Below are positions 1-9,644 of a stretch of 63,266 bases of DNA, in pieces. Every line of letters begins with the position of its first letter. The first letter of the stretch is position 1. The stretch spans positions 1-63,266 of IMG/VR virus record IMGVR_UViG_3300045970_000244. The stretch is one strand, 5' to 3'. The stretch comes from a virus. Lineage: Duplodnaviria; Caudoviricetes. The notes under the pieces are model-generated. The model worked only from the letters and a program-made list of their open reading frames with translations, was not told the origin of the DNA and made no database searches. A program made the translations under genes and the position numbers.

Positions 1-127
1 TAGATGTAGTTTGTCGCGCTTGTCGGATACGTCGCCTTAATGACTAGCCCATATGTGACACCAGAAGTGATTGTGACATTGGCGAAGTTAAAGTAAATCC
101 ACTGCCCACCACTTGTTGAGCCACCGG
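1..127. repeat. Terminal direct repeat copy 1 (assembly circularisation overlap)
   Basis: Bases 1-127 (tagatgtagt...gagccaccgg) are identical to 63140-63266 and fall inside an open reading frame. Confidence 0.95.
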
Positions 128-2285
128 CTTTAGTAATCGTGGATGGATCTATGGTATTGGTTGCGGTGGCGACAACTGTTCCATTTGGAAACCCGGCCGA
201 GGTCTGTTGAAGTTCACAACTGAGAGCGTAACCAGATGGGATCGTTCCCACTTGCCAAGCTCTAAAGCTTGCAGTTCGCAGCCGGTTTGAGGTCGCGAGA
301 AAGGTTTGGCCAGCATACGCTTGCGTGGTGTCTACTTTTAGCTGCGCACCTGTGTTTGGGCCAGCATAGTTTGAAACGGTTATACCTTGAAAGTTTGTTA
401 CATCGCAAATCTCGTAGAGGTGAGCGCGGTCTACAGAGTCGGGGTGAACCATGTCGGCAGCAATGAGAACATGGTTGTCGTTCGATGGGTTTACCACCAA
501 ACGATGCGGGGTTTTGTACCACGACACATATCCGGATGCTGACCATCCGTTATAAAGAGATGGAACCAAATTGCTGATTGCGTAGCTGGTGAAACTTGGG
601 GTCCCAGTGAGTACGTTTGCGGAATATCCGATTCTGGTTGTACCATTGGTGATATCACCAAACACAACATATGCTTTGCCAGAAGAGGTCACTCGGGCAT
701 CCATGATGTACTGAGCGGTGTTGAGGCTGCTTACGTTAACGGTCGTTCCCGTCAAATTGCCTTGATCCCAATACGTGTACCGCACCCAAGTGCTGTTGTC
801 AGAGACAAACAGATGAACTCGGTGAGCGGAGCCGGTGCCGGTAATGAACATGCTGGGTGGAAGAGTCCACAGTGCGACTACGTTCACGCCTGCACCTAGA
901 TATGTTGTGGTACTTCCGACCCACGAGAAGAATTTGGGTTGTAATGAATTACCACTGTAATCATTTGTGATGGCAACAAACGAGGCATCAACGGGGTCAA
1001 TACCAACAATACTTACTATGTCGACTGAACCACTGGCATGAATTTGACCCATGCCGCCGCCAGCGTTGTATTGGAAATCGGTGAAGGATGATGCACCAAC
1101 TGAAAGGTCACACTGAATGGCCCAAACTTCAGAGTATGTTCCGCCGCTTTTGCCGTATGTTGAAACTATTCGTCCGTTGTTTGCAACGGCCAACTGATTT
1201 GAGTTTTGATAGTTGAAATTGCCCTGAGCATTTTCATACTGAGCGTAGCCTTGTACGCCAGCGGAAGTTTTACTTCCAAGCTCAGAAAATGTCTTGCCGT
1301 AATCAGAAGACCCAAACCAATGCCACAAAGAGTTGTTTGACGCCTGTTTCTCAAGAACCCGAACCAAAACATATTGCCTATTGAGTGAGATGGCTGCATC
1401 GGTCTTGAGAATAGTTCCAGCAATGCTACCGCTGATCTTCGATAGGAAGTTCTCTCCCGGCAAGCGAATGGTCGATGGCTCGTAGATGCCAACATCAGCA
1501 ATAGAGACAGACTCAAACGTAGCTGCCACACCGCCGAGTTCAAACTGATAATCGAACGGTTCAATTCGAAGTTGTGCCGGGTATTCCGATGCCGACAGGC
1601 CCATCGAAAGATCGAGCGAGTTCGTGTTCGTCAGAACCAAAGTTGTCTCATCTGCGCCAGAACTGTAGGTGCAGCTTGACACCGGGAACAGTTCAAGAAT
1701 GTTCGTGGTAGCGTTGAAGATTGAGACAAGTTTTGGTTGCGTGAGAGCGCCGTCAGGGTAAACGAGTTTCGATACCTTGACCTTCTTGCTTCCTGTTGAG
1801 GTGAACAGGTTGGTCACATCACCCTGAATCTTGAACGTGTTTGAGGATACAGCCGTAGGTTTCGGAGCGATCTGAATGAGCGACGCAACGATGATGCCTT
1901 CAGCCGAAGACACCTTGGCCGACACGGCGCCGGAACGTGAATAGGTTCCGCTGAGATTCGATCCAGAAAGCTGAAGTTTTGATCCAGAGACAATGGTGTT
2001 TGAAAGAGTGCCGCGCCCAGTGGCGTTGAAGTCGTCCCACATCTGGCCCGGTGCTGTGGCGAATGCCGCCCCGAGTTCTCGTGCGGTCAAACCACCCAAG
2101 AGGTCAGTGCTCCCACCACCTCCACCGCCGATGTCGCCGTTGACGATTGCGGCGTAAAGTTGCTTGTTCAGTCCTTTGGCCGTGACGTAGATTTTGGTGT
2201 CGTTGATGAGTTGCGAATCGGTCCCGCCTGCGGAAGCCAATTCAGCCGAACTCTTCACATCTTCATTTTGAATTTTGCCAGCCAT
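1..2285 (-). CDS. 5' part of a ~1218-aa tail fibre / receptor-binding protein that wraps across the contig ends (continues 63139-61768)
   Basis: ATG at 2285 preceded by GAGGTG; reads MAGKIQNEDVKSSAELASAGG... without a stop to base 1 and joins in frame to ORF 61768..63075; Ser/Thr/Gly-rich, beta-type sequence; absent from the ORF track because it runs off the end. Confidence 0.85.
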   Translation of the reverse strand, partial: MAGKIQNEDVKSSAELASAGGTDSQLINDTKIYVTAKGLNKQLYAAIVNGDIGGGGGGSTDLLGGLTARELGAAFATAPGQMWDDFNATGRGTLSNTIVSGSKLQLSGSNLSGTYSRSGAVSAKVSSAEGIIVASLIQIAPKPTAVSSNTFKIQGDVTNLFTSTGSKKVKVSKLVYPDGALTQPKLVSIFNATTNILELFPVSSCTYSSGADETTLVLTNTNSLDLSMGLSASEYPAQLRIEPFDYQFELGGVAATFESVSIADVGIYEPSTIRLPGENFLSKISGSIAGTILKTDAAISLNRQYVLVRVLEKQASNNSLWHWFGSSDYGKTFSELGSKTSAGVQGYAQYENAQGNFNYQNSNQLAVANNGRIVSTYGKSGGTYSEVWAIQCDLSVGASSFTDFQYNAGGGMGQIHASGSVDIVSIVGIDPVDASFVAITNDYSGNSLQPKFFSWVGSTTTYLGAGVNVVALWTLPPSMFITGTGSAHRVHLFVSDNSTWVRYTYWDQGNLTGTTVNVSSLNTAQYIMDARVTSSGKAYVVFGDITNGTTRIGYSANVLTGTPSFTSYAISNLVPSLYNGWSASGYVSWYKTPHRLVVNPSNDNHVLIAADMVHPDSVDRAHLYEICDVTNFQGITVSNYAGPNTGAQLKVDTTQAYAGQTFLATSNRLRTASFRAWQVGTIPSGYALSCELQQTSAGFPNGTVVATATNTIDPSTITKAGGSTSGGQWIYFNFANVTITSGVTYGLVIKATYPTSATNYI

Positions 2286-2293
2286 CTTTCACC

Positions 2294-2542
2294 TCAGTAA
2301 GAGTAAACCGCCACCAAATCTTGGCCCGCTTTTGGGGCCGTCGTCATCGTAATACTGGTACCACTTCGAGAATAATCCGAAACGAGCAGTCCGTCACGGA
2401 ACAGAGAGAAGGAACCCGTGGTCGGAGTGTGAGCCAGAGTGAACGCGGTATTTGTGCCGTTGATTGAACCTGAAGGCGTTTCCGCCACCATCGTTCCACC
2501 ACCGCCACCAACCACTGAAAACTTTGACGTTACTCTTGCCAC
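2294..2542 (-). CDS. Small fibre-associated virion protein
   Basis: ETPSGSINGTNTAFTLAHTP motif paralogous to a segment of 3858..4643; located in fibre cluster. Confidence 0.7.
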   Translation of the reverse strand: MARVTSKFSVVGGGGGTMVAETPSGSINGTNTAFTLAHTPTTGSFSLFRDGLLVSDYSRSGTSITMTTAPKAGQDLVAVYSY

Positions 2543-2558
2543 GGGTTCCTCAGCTCAA

Positions 2559-3842
2559 TTAATACGCATACTTGACGAGAAGGACATCGCCGGCCACGAG
2601 CGCCGCCGCACCACCGGTGCAGAGATCTCCGCCAGTCTTGAACGTCAAGCGGGTTTTACCACCAGCGCCGCCGGTCAACGAAAGGTCATAATCCACACCT
2701 TCCGTCTGTACGATGCCTGAGATCACGAGGTCAAGGCTGTTCGCCTTAACGACCTGCGCCAAGTCAATGTACTGAGCGGTCACGTCGCCGGAGACAAGGG
2801 TTTTGCTTTCCTTGTTCCATGAGAACGTGCCCTGCTTGCCCGAAAGAGCGGAGTTGACAGCCGACACGCTCGGTGCCTGATCCGTTTCCGAACCAGCGAG
2901 GGTGTTAAGGACTGCCGCCGTTTTCGCGCGCGCCGCCGTGAAATACTGTGCCGTGCCTTCTGCAACGTCGCTCGTGGTGAGAACCACAACTCCGACCTGC
3001 CCGTTGACAGAGGTGACTTCGTTGCTGTTCAGCGACTTGAACCACTTGCCGTCGGCTCCGTAGATCACGAAGTCGCCAACTGCGAAGGTGATCGCCCCGT
3101 TGCCGAAGTTGCGAGTTCCAGCCACCGTCACTTCATAAACGTCGCCAGCATTGCCGGTTCCGTCAGAGAGCGAAGGCGTGTTGGTCGAGGCATTGTACTG
3201 CCCCTGAAGTTCCATCACGGTGTTCGGCAATTGCGATGCCGGAATTTTACCACCACCATCAAGGGTTGCGACACCGCTGTTCGCGCCCTTCTCCGATGAG
3301 CTGATCTTCGCGCCGAGAGCGGTATTCACCGCCGCGACAGAAGGAGCTTGGTCGGTTTCGCTGCCAGCCAACGTGTTCAGAACGGCTGCGGTCTTCGCGC
3401 GAGCTGCTGTGAAATACAGGTTCGCGCCTTCAGACACGTCGCCAGTGTCAAGGGTCACTGAACCGGTCTTGCCGGCCACGCTCTGCACCGGAGCCGCCGC
3501 CGAAGCGCGTCCCGTGGTGAAGTAAAGGTTCGTGCCTTCAGCGATGTCCGAAGTCGTCAGGACGACGACGCCCGTCGCACCGTTCACCGATGAAACCGGC
3601 GAGCTGGCCGAGATCAACGATAGAACGTAGGATTTGCGCGTCAGGCCGTTGTTGGTGGTTGGATCGGCGGCCACTTCTGGTACCGATGCGAACTCAACGA
3701 CGTCTGACGAATTGACGCGAAGGACGTTAATGTCTGCGGTTCCGGCAGCGTTGCGGCTGCGGAGCCATCCACCAGAAAGAAAGCGAAGCAGTTCATCGGT
3801 GATCTGGTTTACGCCGATGAACTTTGTTGTTAATTTAGCCAT
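2559..3842 (-). CDS. Tail fibre protein with internal repeats
   Basis: Three V.SV(N/A)G..G.V.L.T.D(I/V).EG...YFT repeats; two TAAVLNTLAGSETDQAPSV copies; KGANSGVATLDGGGKIP fibre motif. Confidence 0.8.
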   Translation of the reverse strand: MAKLTTKFIGVNQITDELLRFLSGGWLRSRNAAGTADINVLRVNSSDVVEFASVPEVAADPTTNNGLTRKSYVLSLISASSPVSSVNGATGVVVLTTSDIAEGTNLYFTTGRASAAAPVQSVAGKTGSVTLDTGDVSEGANLYFTAARAKTAAVLNTLAGSETDQAPSVAAVNTALGAKISSSEKGANSGVATLDGGGKIPASQLPNTVMELQGQYNASTNTPSLSDGTGNAGDVYEVTVAGTRNFGNGAITFAVGDFVIYGADGKWFKSLNSNEVTSVNGQVGVVVLTTSDVAEGTAQYFTAARAKTAAVLNTLAGSETDQAPSVSAVNSALSGKQGTFSWNKESKTLVSGDVTAQYIDLAQVVKANSLDLVISGIVQTEGVDYDLSLTGGAGGKTRLTFKTGGDLCTGGAAALVAGDVLLVKYAY

Positions 3843-3857
3843 GAGATCTCCTGAAGG

Positions 3858-4643
3858 TTAATAAAAGTAACTTACTCTCAACTGGTCATTCGCCGCTAAC
3901 AGCGCCTCAAGCCCTAGACCGGTCCAACTGAGTTGGTTTCCGCTTACTACGAAGTCCGTTCCATAGACTTGAGCAATACCGCCGATCATGTCCACGGTGA
4001 CCGCCGTGGGCTGAATCGGAACGTCGGGCAGCGTAATGGCCTTGTTGGTTATATCGGCTGCCAAAAGGATTGGGTAAATCGTTTTCGGTGTGATGCTGGA
4101 CCCACCGCCGCCTCCACCACCGCCGCCAGAACCACCGGTCGTGAGGTAAGCAACATAAGGGACTTGGCCTGTTTGCGGGATGCTCCCTACGGCAAATTTG
4201 ACCGCCTTGGAAGCGCCAGAATCGATCAGCGTGAAGTCGGCAACCACCTTCTGCACCACGTCAGCAAATACGATGAGCGAATCCTGATTCACCGGTACGC
4301 CGGTGAGAACGAACGTGTCGTTAATGCCGTCAACCGTGCCGATGGGCGTTTCTTGCTTGAGTCCAATTCCGTTGATTGCGGCGTCGAGCTGAGTGAGTTG
4401 CGTTTGGACCGTCGTGCCAACAGCGAAAACATGACCCGTTGGGTCTGCTGGAATCAGGGCGGCCGTCAGGGCCTCAAACCATTCAATCCATTTTCCGGTA
4501 AGCCAGAACAGCCAGTTCATGTATTGGAACGGAGGTTTTTCACCGGCGACCCAACCAGTAAATGCCTGCGGAGAAGGCGGCTCAACGACTTTTGAGTTAC
4601 TGCCGTCTGTCCAATTTAGAAACTTCGTCGGTTTGATCGCCAT
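3858..4643 (-). CDS. Baseplate-proximal tail fibre protein
   Basis: GW..GEKPPFQYMNWLF is a typical fibre N-terminal baseplate-attachment motif; follows baseplate wedge genes. Confidence 0.8.
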   Translation of the reverse strand: MAIKPTKFLNWTDGSNSKVVEPPSPQAFTGWVAGEKPPFQYMNWLFWLTGKWIEWFEALTAALIPADPTGHVFAVGTTVQTQLTQLDAAINGIGLKQETPIGTVDGINDTFVLTGVPVNQDSLIVFADVVQKVVADFTLIDSGASKAVKFAVGSIPQTGQVPYVAYLTTGGSGGGGGGGGGSSITPKTIYPILLAADITNKAITLPDVPIQPTAVTVDMIGGIAQVYGTDFVVSGNQLSWTGLGLEALLAANDQLRVSYFY

Positions 4644-4666
4644 AATCGCTTTCCTCTATCCTAACC

Positions 4667-5272
4667 TCATTGCGACGGATTATTAAATATCAGACTCGCG
4701 AACGTACCGCCTACGGCAGAATCGTTCACGTCGCCGAACCCACCATCGGTTTGCGCGCCACCGGCAAAAGCGAAGGCACCCAACCCGTCGTATACCGCCA
4801 AATCAACCAAGCTGATCCCCGCGCCCAGCGTGTCAATGATTATTTGCTCGACCAACGGGTAAAGGGCCGGGTCGAGTGTCGTTCCGCCAACGCCAAACGC
4901 GACAGCAGCGGGGTACATCTCCTTGAGTTGCACAACTTGTGCAGAAAACAAGAGTTGCACCAGAGTAATCATCGTGTCGATAGTGGTGTCAGAATTGTTT
5001 TTGGCGATCGTGCCAAGCAAAAATATAAGATACTGCGCGTCAGAGAGGCCGCCCCGGGTGATGCCAATAATCTCACCGAGGTTGTCGAGCTGCTTTCCAA
5101 CGGAGCTGTAAAGCTGACGGCCGGCGTCCAGCGCGTAAATCGCACTCTCAAGGTCTTGCGCTGGGTCGACAAACGCGGCAATAAGCGCCGCGAGACGTGG
5201 CTTGTCCTTGTACTGCTGCATCAAGCGGAACAAGGCGTCGGCTGTGTGCGTGTCAATTCTGCTGGCTAACAT
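4667..5272 (-). CDS. Baseplate wedge protein (DUF2612-like)
   Basis: QQYKDKPRL...GKQLDNLGEIIGITR...LSDAQY pattern; directly downstream of baseplate J. Confidence 0.8.
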   Translation of the reverse strand: MLASRIDTHTADALFRLMQQYKDKPRLAALIAAFVDPAQDLESAIYALDAGRQLYSSVGKQLDNLGEIIGITRGGLSDAQYLIFLLGTIAKNNSDTTIDTMITLVQLLFSAQVVQLKEMYPAAVAFGVGGTTLDPALYPLVEQIIIDTLGAGISLVDLAVYDGLGAFAFAGGAQTDGGFGDVNDSAVGGTFASLIFNNPSQ

Positions 5273-5281
5273 CGCCTACCC

Positions 5282-7132
5282 TCACACATAGTTCACCGTC
5301 ACGATGATGCGGAAGCTCTCGAACGCGGCCTGCTGCGCGGCTTGGAGCTGGATGTTGGAGTTGGTGACCGGGTTCGGCGCGATGCCGAAGGCCAAACTGT
5401 ACGAAACAATCCCGGGTACGTCGTTGAACGCGCCAACCAGACCGTTTGAGCCGAAGCCCACGATTGTGCCGCCAATCGGGATAGCGTTCCCGATGCCGAG
5501 GATGTCGCTCTGGATAGTCCCTACTCCGTCCGGTGGGAATAAGCTCTGTTTCACGTTCAAGGTGATGGCCACGTAGACCGGCATCTGTGTCGGCCGCGAG
5601 AACTTGATGGTGTACGGCTGCCCGAATCGGTCCGTGATGATGACGCTCTGATTGCCGTAGGTCTCGATGCCGGCCGGCTTGCTCTCGTAAATTGCTTGGG
5701 CGATGTCGTTGTCCGAGCCGCCAGCCACGACGATCTCAAAAGCCTTGCCCGGGCGCGTGAACTCGACTGCGGACCCCACAGGGTTGCCGGTCTTGGTCAG
5801 CGTGTTGGTCGTAATGACCGTAAGAGGCTGAGCCTGCCCGCCGGTGGCTCCGTTGAAATCGATGGTAAACCCAGCGATCCAATCGCCGATGACCAGCACT
5901 TCCTCGAACTCGGTGAGTAAGTTGATGGCGGCCTGAATGGTGGCGGCCGTGGCGCTGAACGGAATCAAGGCCGTGGTGCCCGGGGCGAGCTGTAAGCGAA
6001 AGTTTCCGGCGTCGGGCACGTCGGCGAAAAACAGCGTCTGCTCGGCGGCGATGTTCAGGTTCTCAAACCCGATGGCGGCCGAAACACCAGAAACCAACCT
6101 GACCTTCTCGACGATGCTCTGAAGTGGCCCGTTGGCCTCGGTAGCCAGCAAGGTCAACCGGCGCTGTAGGGCTTCGGTATCAGTTTCAATATTTGTGCCA
6201 ACAATGACGTCTAGCGGGTTATTTACACCCGTCCACCCAGAAACCGGCGTTACGATCTCCGTCAGGGTTCCTGCTGGCGCTGGGATGGGGCCGTTTTCCG
6301 CACAGATTGCCGCCGAGACGGCCTTTGCCACCGACCCGAGGGTTGTGGCTACAATCTGCACATTGACCGCTGTGGCGCCCGTCTGGAGCGTATTCGAGGC
6401 CAACGTAAAGAGGTTTTGTTTCTGGGAACCAGAGCTCGGGTTGGCTCCCGTGGGCGTGCCAGCACCGAACGTGATCGAAAAACCGGAAGTGTACGCCCCG
6501 CTGACCACGACGTCCGTGTACGGATAGTTGTTGTTCGTGAGGTCGTGCAGCGCGCGAATGGCGGATTGAACGTCGCCAGAGGTGGCGTCAAAATTGAGGG
6601 GTGTCGTGTCGAGAGTCACGCCGGAGGGTGCAACGATACGTAACACCATGGAGCCGCTGTTCGGAACCGACGTAAAGTAGATGCTCTGCACCGCGTTGAC
6701 TGCGGCGAGGATGGTCGCGTCCGCCGTGATCTGGAAGTTCTTCGTTGATCCCGGCACTCGCGCCAGAGAGCCAATGGGAACGATGGTTCCGGCGTCGCCA
6801 TAAAGTTCAAGCCCGTTGATGCCGGCCTCTGTGGGAGAGGTTTTGCTTGGCGTTGCCCCGAGGCGCTTCAGTCCGTTCAGGGCGAGGATGTTGTCAACCG
6901 AGGTGCCCTCGGCTCCACCCGGGTACTGTGATGCGTAGACGGCCTCGGCGAGCTGCCACAAAAGGGCCTCGCGCTCCGAGAAGATTCCGACAAGCTGGCC
7001 CAAAACCGACTCACCAAGCAGGTTCAGGTTCGTGCCGAAGGCCACGCGGAGACTGTCTTCAATCTCGCCCTTGATGACCTGCTGCTGTTTCGCAATGAAG
7101 CCACTCACCGTAAGGCCGTATTCAGTGCTCAT
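5282..7132 (-). CDS. Baseplate J/gp47-like wedge protein with two inserted domains
   Basis: YGLTVSGF N-terminus, AEGTSVD, G.N.ETD.E...R, EIVVAGGSDNDIAQAIYESKPAGIETYG motifs. Confidence 0.9.
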   Translation of the reverse strand: MSTEYGLTVSGFIAKQQQVIKGEIEDSLRVAFGTNLNLLGESVLGQLVGIFSEREALLWQLAEAVYASQYPGGAEGTSVDNILALNGLKRLGATPSKTSPTEAGINGLELYGDAGTIVPIGSLARVPGSTKNFQITADATILAAVNAVQSIYFTSVPNSGSMVLRIVAPSGVTLDTTPLNFDATSGDVQSAIRALHDLTNNNYPYTDVVVSGAYTSGFSITFGAGTPTGANPSSGSQKQNLFTLASNTLQTGATAVNVQIVATTLGSVAKAVSAAICAENGPIPAPAGTLTEIVTPVSGWTGVNNPLDVIVGTNIETDTEALQRRLTLLATEANGPLQSIVEKVRLVSGVSAAIGFENLNIAAEQTLFFADVPDAGNFRLQLAPGTTALIPFSATAATIQAAINLLTEFEEVLVIGDWIAGFTIDFNGATGGQAQPLTVITTNTLTKTGNPVGSAVEFTRPGKAFEIVVAGGSDNDIAQAIYESKPAGIETYGNQSVIITDRFGQPYTIKFSRPTQMPVYVAITLNVKQSLFPPDGVGTIQSDILGIGNAIPIGGTIVGFGSNGLVGAFNDVPGIVSYSLAFGIAPNPVTNSNIQLQAAQQAAFESFRIIVTVNYV

Positions 7133-7503
7133 GTCAACGCTCCCGCGTAATCAACGGTGCCAGTGGTGGTCTGGGCGCTGAACGCAATCTCAAGTTTTCG
7201 GTTCACAAAATCAGGCTTAAAGGCATAGGTGTTCAACTGGATGACCCCGGGCGTGCCCAGAATCTGGTTAATGAACAGCGCGTCGATCTTGCTCTGATCC
7301 GGATTTTTCACCAATATCTGTTGGAAATACGGCAGTCCGATCGTGTTGTCCATGAACCACTCACCCAAAAACGACCGCAACCGCTGAAGGATGTGCTGCC
7401 GGATGGCTTCGGTGCTTTCGGTCAGGACCAAGTCGCCGTCGACGATCTTGAGATCGAGGTAGTTTGGAGAGCCGCCGTCAAGATCAAGTGCGATGTCACT
7501 CAC
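7129..7503 (-). CDS. Baseplate wedge / sheath initiator (gp25/gp46-like)
   Basis: Start re-set to GTG 7503 (GTGA overlap); QRLRSFLGEWFMDNTIGLPY motif. Confidence 0.85.
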   Translation of the reverse strand: MSDIALDLDGGSPNYLDLKIVDGDLVLTESTEAIRQHILQRLRSFLGEWFMDNTIGLPYFQQILVKNPDQSKIDALFINQILGTPGVIQLNTYAFKPDFVNRKLEIAFSAQTTTGTVDYAGALT

Positions 7504-7742
7504 GCGATAGTTCCTGTTCCGGCTCCGGGACCGCTTACGCCGCCGCCCGGGACCACTCCCGACACCGAAGCGACCTGCACCGTAATCTGGGCGTTGGCCT
7601 TGATGTCGTCGTAAATAAGCTGCATGATGCCTTCCCACATCGCCTTGAGCTGGTTATCGCTCACTGGCGCGCCGGGCGCTGGCTGCTGGCTCTTGACGAA
7701 TGCTGCAATCTGGTCTCCTACGGGAGTTGGATTCAGCGCCAT
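7500..7742 (-). CDS. Small baseplate/spike-associated protein
   Basis: Between spike and wedge genes; IKANAQITV...GVVPGGGVSG..G.GTI pattern common at this position. Confidence 0.6.
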   Translation of the reverse strand: MALNPTPVGDQIAAFVKSQQPAPGAPVSDNQLKAMWEGIMQLIYDDIKANAQITVQVASVSGVVPGGGVSGPGAGTGTIA

Positions 7743-8458
7743 TAGCCTTTCAGTGCCTCCAGCTTGGTTTTCAGCTCGTCAATATCGGTCTTCAGCGTCG
7801 TGTACTGAGAAAAAGAGTTCAGCTTCATCGGGCCGAAGATCGTGTTCGTTGTGTCCTTGCTCAGAGTATCACTCAACGTACTCAGTTTGTCAGTGATTTG
7901 AACCAGAAGGGCAAGGACTTCGTCGCCGCCGACCTTGGCGAACTTGAATTTTCCGGGCTTCTTTACGGTAATCTCTGCCGCCCCGTTGTGAAGCACCATG
8001 TCGGCCGCAGCGCCGCTCAGAGGTGCGGCCTTTGCGTACAATCCCGGGATGAACACGGCGTCGCTCAGATCATGCCTGCGCGGGTCCGCCGGGTCGACCA
8101 TTCCGCCCGTCTGTGCCCAAGTGTCCAAGCTGCGTTCCGAGAACACCGCCAGCCCCGTGTCCCCTACGGCGATAGGGAGCTTCACCCAATAGTCAGCACC
8201 GCGCGGGTGAACCACCGGCACGTCCTGAATCACTGGCAGGGGCTTGAGCGAGCCGTCTTTGTACTTGCGCTGGAGCAAAGGTTGGATGTCGCACATGGCG
8301 TTGCCCTTGAGCGCGACGATCTTCGCGGGCATGGCCGTGTGGACGTCGTAGAGCATGGAGTCGATTGCGTCGCGCATCACAACGTCGAGGGGAAGGGTTT
8401 CGTTCGCGGTGTCGTCTGTGTTGGGGTCGAACGGGTCGTCGTAAATTGTCTCGCTCAC
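7742..8458 (-). CDS. Baseplate central spike (Gp138/gpV-like)
   Basis: HTAMPAKIV...DVPVVHPRG...PIAVGDTGL.VFSERSLD.W...RRHDLSDAVFIPG. Confidence 0.9.
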   Translation of the reverse strand: MSETIYDDPFDPNTDDTANETLPLDVVMRDAIDSMLYDVHTAMPAKIVALKGNAMCDIQPLLQRKYKDGSLKPLPVIQDVPVVHPRGADYWVKLPIAVGDTGLAVFSERSLDTWAQTGGMVDPADPRRHDLSDAVFIPGLYAKAAPLSGAAADMVLHNGAAEITVKKPGKFKFAKVGGDEVLALLVQITDKLSTLSDTLSKDTTNTIFGPMKLNSFSQYTTLKTDIDELKTKLEALKG

Positions 8459-9321
8459 GCGACGCCCTCCCGCGACCCTGCGATTTGCGTGTTCTGCTGC
8501 GGGTACGCTTGGGTCGGGCTGATTCTGACGGCTTCGGCGGTGACGCTCCAGTCTTGAGCGTGTGTATCACCCTTGAAGGTGGCGCGCTTGATCTTGAAGT
8601 GCCCGTTGATGTTTTCGCTGACGAGTTTCACGGCACAGTCAGGCATGAGCTTCGGGTTCAAGAGCGACCGGAACTCAATCCCACTTTCTTTTTGCGACGG
8701 GATTCCAAGCAGGCCGGTGTCTTTGGTGAGTAGGACGGCCTCTTCGCCCAAGTGCGCCTTGAGAGGGATGATCTGCAAGTACCCGTTTTGGACGTTCCAG
8801 CCGAGAGGTTGGCGCTTCATGATGGCGTCCATGATGGACTTCACCGTTCCCGAAAACGCAACACCCGAGTTGTAGGTCATGTTTTCAATGCCCATCACGG
8901 TGCCAATCGGAACGCCCAGAGCGCCTGCGAGGTCTTTGATGATCTCCATGTATGATGTGCCGGCCGGGTAAGACTTGTCGAAGTGCGCGTTGGTCAGCTT
9001 GCGCTCGGCATCGCCGCACTCGAACGTGGTGATGATGTCCGGGCCCTTGCGCTGAGAGAGCGTTCGGTTGACGTCGCCGTAGTAGAGGATTTCGAGCATA
9101 CCCTCGTACCCGGCTTCCAGTTTCACGGTCAAACCCTTGCGCTGAAAGTCCGCGCGCGTCTGTGGGTTCAGGTTATAGATGTCGATTTTGGCTTTGTTTG
9201 AAGACGAGGCCGAACTTTTATCTAAGTCGAACGTGGTTCTCAGGCTGGTGAAGCGTTTTCCTTCTTCGCCCTGATAACCTACAGTGACGGCCCAAGTGCG
9301 TTGAAAAAATGAGTCACTCAT
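8455..9321 (-). CDS. Baseplate hub protein
   Basis: N.AKIDIYNLN, LEAGY, TGLLGIP, SLLNPKL, G.FKI...F.GDTH..DW motifs; synteny. Confidence 0.85.
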   Translation of the reverse strand: MSDSFFQRTWAVTVGYQGEEGKRFTSLRTTFDLDKSSASSSNKAKIDIYNLNPQTRADFQRKGLTVKLEAGYEGMLEILYYGDVNRTLSQRKGPDIITTFECGDAERKLTNAHFDKSYPAGTSYMEIIKDLAGALGVPIGTVMGIENMTYNSGVAFSGTVKSIMDAIMKRQPLGWNVQNGYLQIIPLKAHLGEEAVLLTKDTGLLGIPSQKESGIEFRSLLNPKLMPDCAVKLVSENINGHFKIKRATFKGDTHAQDWSVTAEAVRISPTQAYPQQNTQIAGSREGVA

Positions 9322-9644
9322 GCACCCACCGGGTCAGCGTAAAAAAACGTGTGCGTGTTGCCAAAGGCGTACCGCCCCGGCTGCGAGCCCTTGTTGGTGT
9401 CGTCTGAGATGAACAGCGTGCCCGGAGGGATTGCCGCCATCACGTACTGGCCGGTCATGTCGCGTTCAAGCAGTACGGGAAGGCCGATCAGGATGGGGTT
9501 GTTCGACGGGTCGGCGATGTCCAGAATCCACCTGTCCATGCGCAAGTTGTAACGGAACCGCAACGTGTAAACCACGCCCGAGAGCGTGATCTTGAACCGG
9601 TACCAAGGGAAGTCGTTACGCGCCGGTATCAAGAGAAAGTTCAT
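9318..9644 (-). CDS. Small baseplate protein
   Basis: FKITLSGVVYTLRFRYNLRMDRWILDI pattern; between tube initiator and hub. Confidence 0.75.
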   Translation of the reverse strand: MNFLLIPARNDFPWYRFKITLSGVVYTLRFRYNLRMDRWILDIADPSNNPILIGLPVLLERDMTGQYVMAAIPPGTLFISDDTNKGSQPGRYAFGNTHTFFYADPVGA

